Origin: an uncultured Candidatus Saccharibacteria bacterium
GTDB lineage: Bacteria > Patescibacteriota > Dojkabacteria > J137
Assembly (NCBI GenBank): GCA_965230975.1
Contig: OZ246402.1
Location: 229,771 to 293,770 of the forward strand
Reading direction: 5' to 3'
Length of the DNA: 64,000 bases
Shown here piece after piece: positions 60,622-64,000 of this stretch. How positions within the stretch are numbered: the stretch's first letter is position 1; every line of letters starts with the position of its first letter. A program made the translations under genes and the position numbers. The notes beneath the pieces were generated by a model that did no database searches, had not been told where the DNA came from, and worked only from the letters and a program-made list of their open reading frames with translations.

Positions 60622-61806
60622 TCACTTTGAATAAATTTTAAGTGCATCTTTAATTCCAATTATCAGCTTATCTATATCTTCTTTTGTATTGTAAATTGCT
60701 AAGCTGATTCTTAAACTTGCAGGGATTTTTAAAACTTCTCTATGTAGTATTTGAGTACAGTGGTGACCAGCTCTTACACAAATATCTTTCTCTCCTAAAT
60801 ATTGTGCTATGTCGTGAGGGTGTGCATTTTCAAAAGATATGCTTATAACAGCACCTGACTTTTCAGAAATTTCGGGATGATAGATCTTAATATTATCAAT
60901 TGTTTTTAATTTGTTAACTAAATATTCTCGTAGTTCTTGTTCGTGAGCTTGTATAAAATCAAAGCCTACAGAGTTAATATAGTCTACTGCCACACCAAGT
61001 GCATAAGCATCAGAAACGTTAGGCGTTCCTGCTTCAAATTTTGATGGAATATCTGCCCAAGTTGATTTGGTTCGAGTAACTTCTCTAATCATTCCACCGC
61101 CAACTTTAAATGGTTCCATATTCTTTAAGATCTCCTTTTTTGCGTATATAACTCCAATGCCCATCGGCCCGTACATCTTATGGCCAGAGAATACTGCAAA
61201 ATCTACATTTAAATCTTTAACATCTATTTTTGTGTGAGCAATTGCTTGTGCCAAATCGACCACAACAAAAGCACTCCGCTTATCATTAGTAATTTCTTTT
61301 ATTGGGTTTATTTGCCCCGTTACATTACTTGTATGAGCTAATGCAATTACATCAAAATTATATTCCGGCGGAATAATTTTTGAAGCATTCTTATATGTAA
61401 TATCTTCTAAGTAAATTAGTTTTGCATCTTTAATTTGTTGCCAAGGTAATAAATTTGAATGATGCTCTTTTTCTGAAACTAAAATTTGGGGTCTTGAATT
61501 TATTATGCCAGAAGAGTAAAGGCTTTGTGCAATTGCATTAACACCATCTGTTGTCCCAGACGTAAATATAATTTCCTCTGGATCGGCATTTATAAATTTT
61601 GCAATTTTTATTCTTGCATCTTCGTAAAGCTGTGTTGCTTTTTCTGAAAGAGGGTAGAGCCCTCTATGAACATTTGCATTATATTTTGTATAAAATTCAG
61701 TAAGTGCATTTATAACTACTTCAGGCTTTTGTGTTGTAGAAGCATTATCCACGAAAACCAAATTAGGATACTGCTTAAAAATTGGGAATACTTCTTTAAA
61801 ATTCAT
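60622..61806 (-). CDS. sufS: Cysteine desulfurase SufS-type
   Basis: DNASTTQKP, EHHSN, SGHKMYGP, RAGHHC. Confidence 0.93.
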   Translation of the reverse strand: MNFKEVFPIFKQYPNLVFVDNASTTQKPEVVINALTEFYTKYNANVHRGLYPLSEKATQLYEDARIKIAKFINADPEEIIFTSGTTDGVNAIAQSLYSSGIINSRPQILVSEKEHHSNLLPWQQIKDAKLIYLEDITYKNASKIIPPEYNFDVIALAHTSNVTGQINPIKEITNDKRSAFVVVDLAQAIAHTKIDVKDLNVDFAVFSGHKMYGPMGIGVIYAKKEILKNMEPFKVGGGMIREVTRTKSTWADIPSKFEAGTPNVSDAYALGVAVDYINSVGFDFIQAHEQELREYLVNKLKTIDNIKIYHPEISEKSGAVISISFENAHPHDIAQYLGEKDICVRAGHHCTQILHREVLKIPASLRISLAIYNTKEDIDKLIIGIKDALKIYSK

Positions 61807-61850
61807 AGGGTAATTATACCATTATTGGTTAATCTATTTCACTTGAAGGA

Positions 61851-63731
61851 TTAGTTAGTCTCTATTTTTGTTGTAACTAATTTGTTGTTTACAGGGATAT
61901 TTTTATCTAGTACATATAAACTATCTTCAATTGTGTAAAAAATATATCTGTCAACAATATAAAAATCGGTTATTTCATCTTCTGGAGATATAAAGGTCAC
62001 TCTATTTGTAGTGTTACTTTTTAAATCATATTTAAATAAATTATTTCTACCATCCCTTGTTGCTACAAAATAGAATAGATCACTAGAATCTTGATCAAAC
62101 TTATAAAAACTACCATCATGCTCTTGTATTAAAGTTTTTATAGATAAACTTTGAACTTCTAAGCTAACTAAATCTTCAAAACCAGTTGAAGAGTTCTTTC
62201 TTGTAAACAATATAAACTCTGCATTTGGAGAAACATCATAAAAATTAACCTCTTCTTCAGATATTAATAACTTTGAGGTTTGTGTAGCTTTATCCCAAAT
62301 ATAAATATCATCAATTCTAGAATCAGCTTTTCTTAAGGTGTATACAACACTGCTATTGGTGCTACTTAGTAATAGATTGGTTATGTTTAGATTCTTTCCG
62401 CTAAATATTTGAATAGGGTTGTTACCATCTATATCCCTCATTTCTACTTTAACTTCTGTGGTTGAATTACTTCTGGTTGTAATAATGTTTATAATTTTGC
62501 CAGCTTTATAAAAATAATAGATACTTTGAAGTTGATTTGCAGAACCAGTTAATCTGTTTAAATTTTTAGTAACAAGATCTATGCTATATCCCATAGATAA
62601 AGATGCCGTGCCCAATCCCTTTATTCTTTCGTAATCATCTCTAAAAAACACATAAGCGTTATCATGAAACAATCCGGTAGGGTCTAACTTTTGTATGTTT
62701 GTAACCTGAACTTCATTTTGTCCATCTAAATCAGATTTAAATATTTGTTTCCCATTATTCTCACTTCGTTTAATGAAAGATGGAATAATATCATTTGCAA
62801 TCATTCTTAGTCCAAATATTTGATTTTCTCCTTGTACAGTTTTTACGGTGTAATCTCTAGTTAAATAATCTGGGTGTGAGATTCTTACTGAGTACTCTTG
62901 GTTAATATCTAAATCTTTAATTTCAAAAGCGCCATCATCTTTTACACTAATTTGAGCATCTGAAATATTGCTACCCTGTATTGTAGCTTTAATTGGAGTG
63001 GACTCGTTAAGCCAATCTTTAAATATTCCTAAAATATCTCCGGCTAAAGTTAGCGGTGTATCTTCTAAAACATTATTTCCTTCTTGAATATCAATAATTT
63101 TATCTATATCTTTGAAATTTATTGACTTAAATTCAAATACAATAGACCCTTTTTGTAAATTAGTAGCTGTAAAAGTCCAGTCATCATTAATCTTTACCTC
63201 TTCTAAATTGATATATAACTTATCTTTTGTAGAATCAAACTTTTGATCTGTAATGAATTTTCCTTTTAAAATGCCCGTTTGAAGTGGTGCAAGTTGTAAA
63301 TCTGCAGTAAATCTAAAAACCATAAAATTTCTTGGTAAAGCTATCTCTTGATTTACTTCGGAGTAATTTTCTAAAATTGCTTGAATATTTATTGTGTCTT
63401 GTTCAAAAAAATCTGAGACACTAAATTTCCCTTCGGAATCTGTTTGTGCGGTTAGATTATTTATTTTGATTTGTACATCTTTTAAAGGTGCTTGGGAAAT
63501 TACATCTTTTACACTACCGGAAATAATAATAGGAAATATTTTTCTATCTAACTTTGTAAAAAAGAGTATTAGTAGAATTGTGATTAATGTAATTAATCCT
63601 ATACCTAAAACTATAACGGCTCTTTTTAACAACTTTCTTATTTTTAAAAAATCAATATGCAGCTTAAATTTTATGCTTGGAATTTTAGGTTTAGATTGCA
63701 AGGTTGTATTTATTGCAGGTTCAATATTCAT
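61851..63731 (-). CDS. Membrane-anchored protein with carboxypeptidase-regulatory-like domains and TolB-like beta-propeller
   Basis: Single TM; ISG.VKD...PL....I, TDSEGKF; repeated DLDG/VSP/DGRNNLF motifs. Confidence 0.65.
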   Translation of the reverse strand: MNIEPAINTTLQSKPKIPSIKFKLHIDFLKIRKLLKRAVIVLGIGLITLITILLILFFTKLDRKIFPIIISGSVKDVISQAPLKDVQIKINNLTAQTDSEGKFSVSDFFEQDTINIQAILENYSEVNQEIALPRNFMVFRFTADLQLAPLQTGILKGKFITDQKFDSTKDKLYINLEEVKINDDWTFTATNLQKGSIVFEFKSINFKDIDKIIDIQEGNNVLEDTPLTLAGDILGIFKDWLNESTPIKATIQGSNISDAQISVKDDGAFEIKDLDINQEYSVRISHPDYLTRDYTVKTVQGENQIFGLRMIANDIIPSFIKRSENNGKQIFKSDLDGQNEVQVTNIQKLDPTGLFHDNAYVFFRDDYERIKGLGTASLSMGYSIDLVTKNLNRLTGSANQLQSIYYFYKAGKIINIITTRSNSTTEVKVEMRDIDGNNPIQIFSGKNLNITNLLLSSTNSSVVYTLRKADSRIDDIYIWDKATQTSKLLISEEEVNFYDVSPNAEFILFTRKNSSTGFEDLVSLEVQSLSIKTLIQEHDGSFYKFDQDSSDLFYFVATRDGRNNLFKYDLKSNTTNRVTFISPEDEITDFYIVDRYIFYTIEDSLYVLDKNIPVNNKLVTTKIETN

Positions 63732-63733
63732 TT

Positions 63734-64000
63734 TTAAAGTTGTATTTTTGTATACTTTTCTTCAGGAATATAGGTTTCTATATTGCTTAAGCTTAAATAA
63801 TATTTTACTCTTCCTTTATTATCGAATCCATAACTTAAATATTGTGGTGCAGAAAAGTCAGAAATTTGTGTACTACTAATTAAATCACCATTCAAATTAT
63901 ATAAAGATAAGTAAATTGGAAGTTCTGTAAACAAAGCTTTCTCACCATTCTCTTTTGGGTATTCTGCATCTGATAGGGCATATGTTCTGACAACAAGTTT
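63734..64000 (-). CDS. 3' end of a hypothetical protein starting beyond the window
   Basis: Frame is open from 64000 (KLVVRTYALSDAEY...) to the stop at 63734. Confidence 0.65.
   Translation of the reverse strand, partial: KLVVRTYALSDAEYPKENGEKALFTELPIYLSLYNLNGDLISSTQISDFSAPQYLSYGFDNKGRVKYYLSLSNIETYIPEEKYTKIQL

Noticed and set aside
880-63879. Short ORFs overlapping confident genes (e.g. 880, 4329, 13791, 27690, 37427, 49581, 63394)
   Set aside because: Antisense or out-of-frame shadows with no motifs.

Overview
AT-rich (roughly 30% GC by eye) bacterial chromosome segment. Its gene content and style suggest a Patescibacteria/CPR genome, possibly Dojkabacteria; this is inference from the short IF2, A/T-rich non-SD leaders, TrmB, cohesin-like and CofE-like genes. 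It carries partial recA, recJ, HU, sufU, rpe, a LOG-methyltransferase fusion, an RsmF-like methylase, hisS, two PIN-type toxin-antitoxin pairs and GH1/TrmB. It also has a ~24 kb surface-glycan region (galE, wzm/wzt, glycosyl- and methyltransferases, GtrA, GT-C-like proteins, manC, manB), the infA-rpmJ-rpsM-rpsK-rpsD-rpoA-rplQ-rplM-rpsI cluster, yraN, secreted GH99-like and phosphatase proteins, infB, a csoR-like-trxA-trxB operon, an M23 peptidase and sufS. I saw no rRNA, tRNA, CRISPR or IS element. Main discovery: a five-copy intergenic element TGTAAG-N5-TG(T/C)AAG-N10-TAnnnT, always facing the downstream gene, in front of recA, recJ, yraN, a TA operon and a secreted protein. It suggests an undescribed activator-type recombination/DNA-damage (or competence) regulon. 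Other highlights are a complete His-leader attenuator before hisS, a circularly permuted M23 domain, a CsoR-family repressor with a non-standard ligand set and a perfect operator, and an L36 with a ~12-aa insertion.
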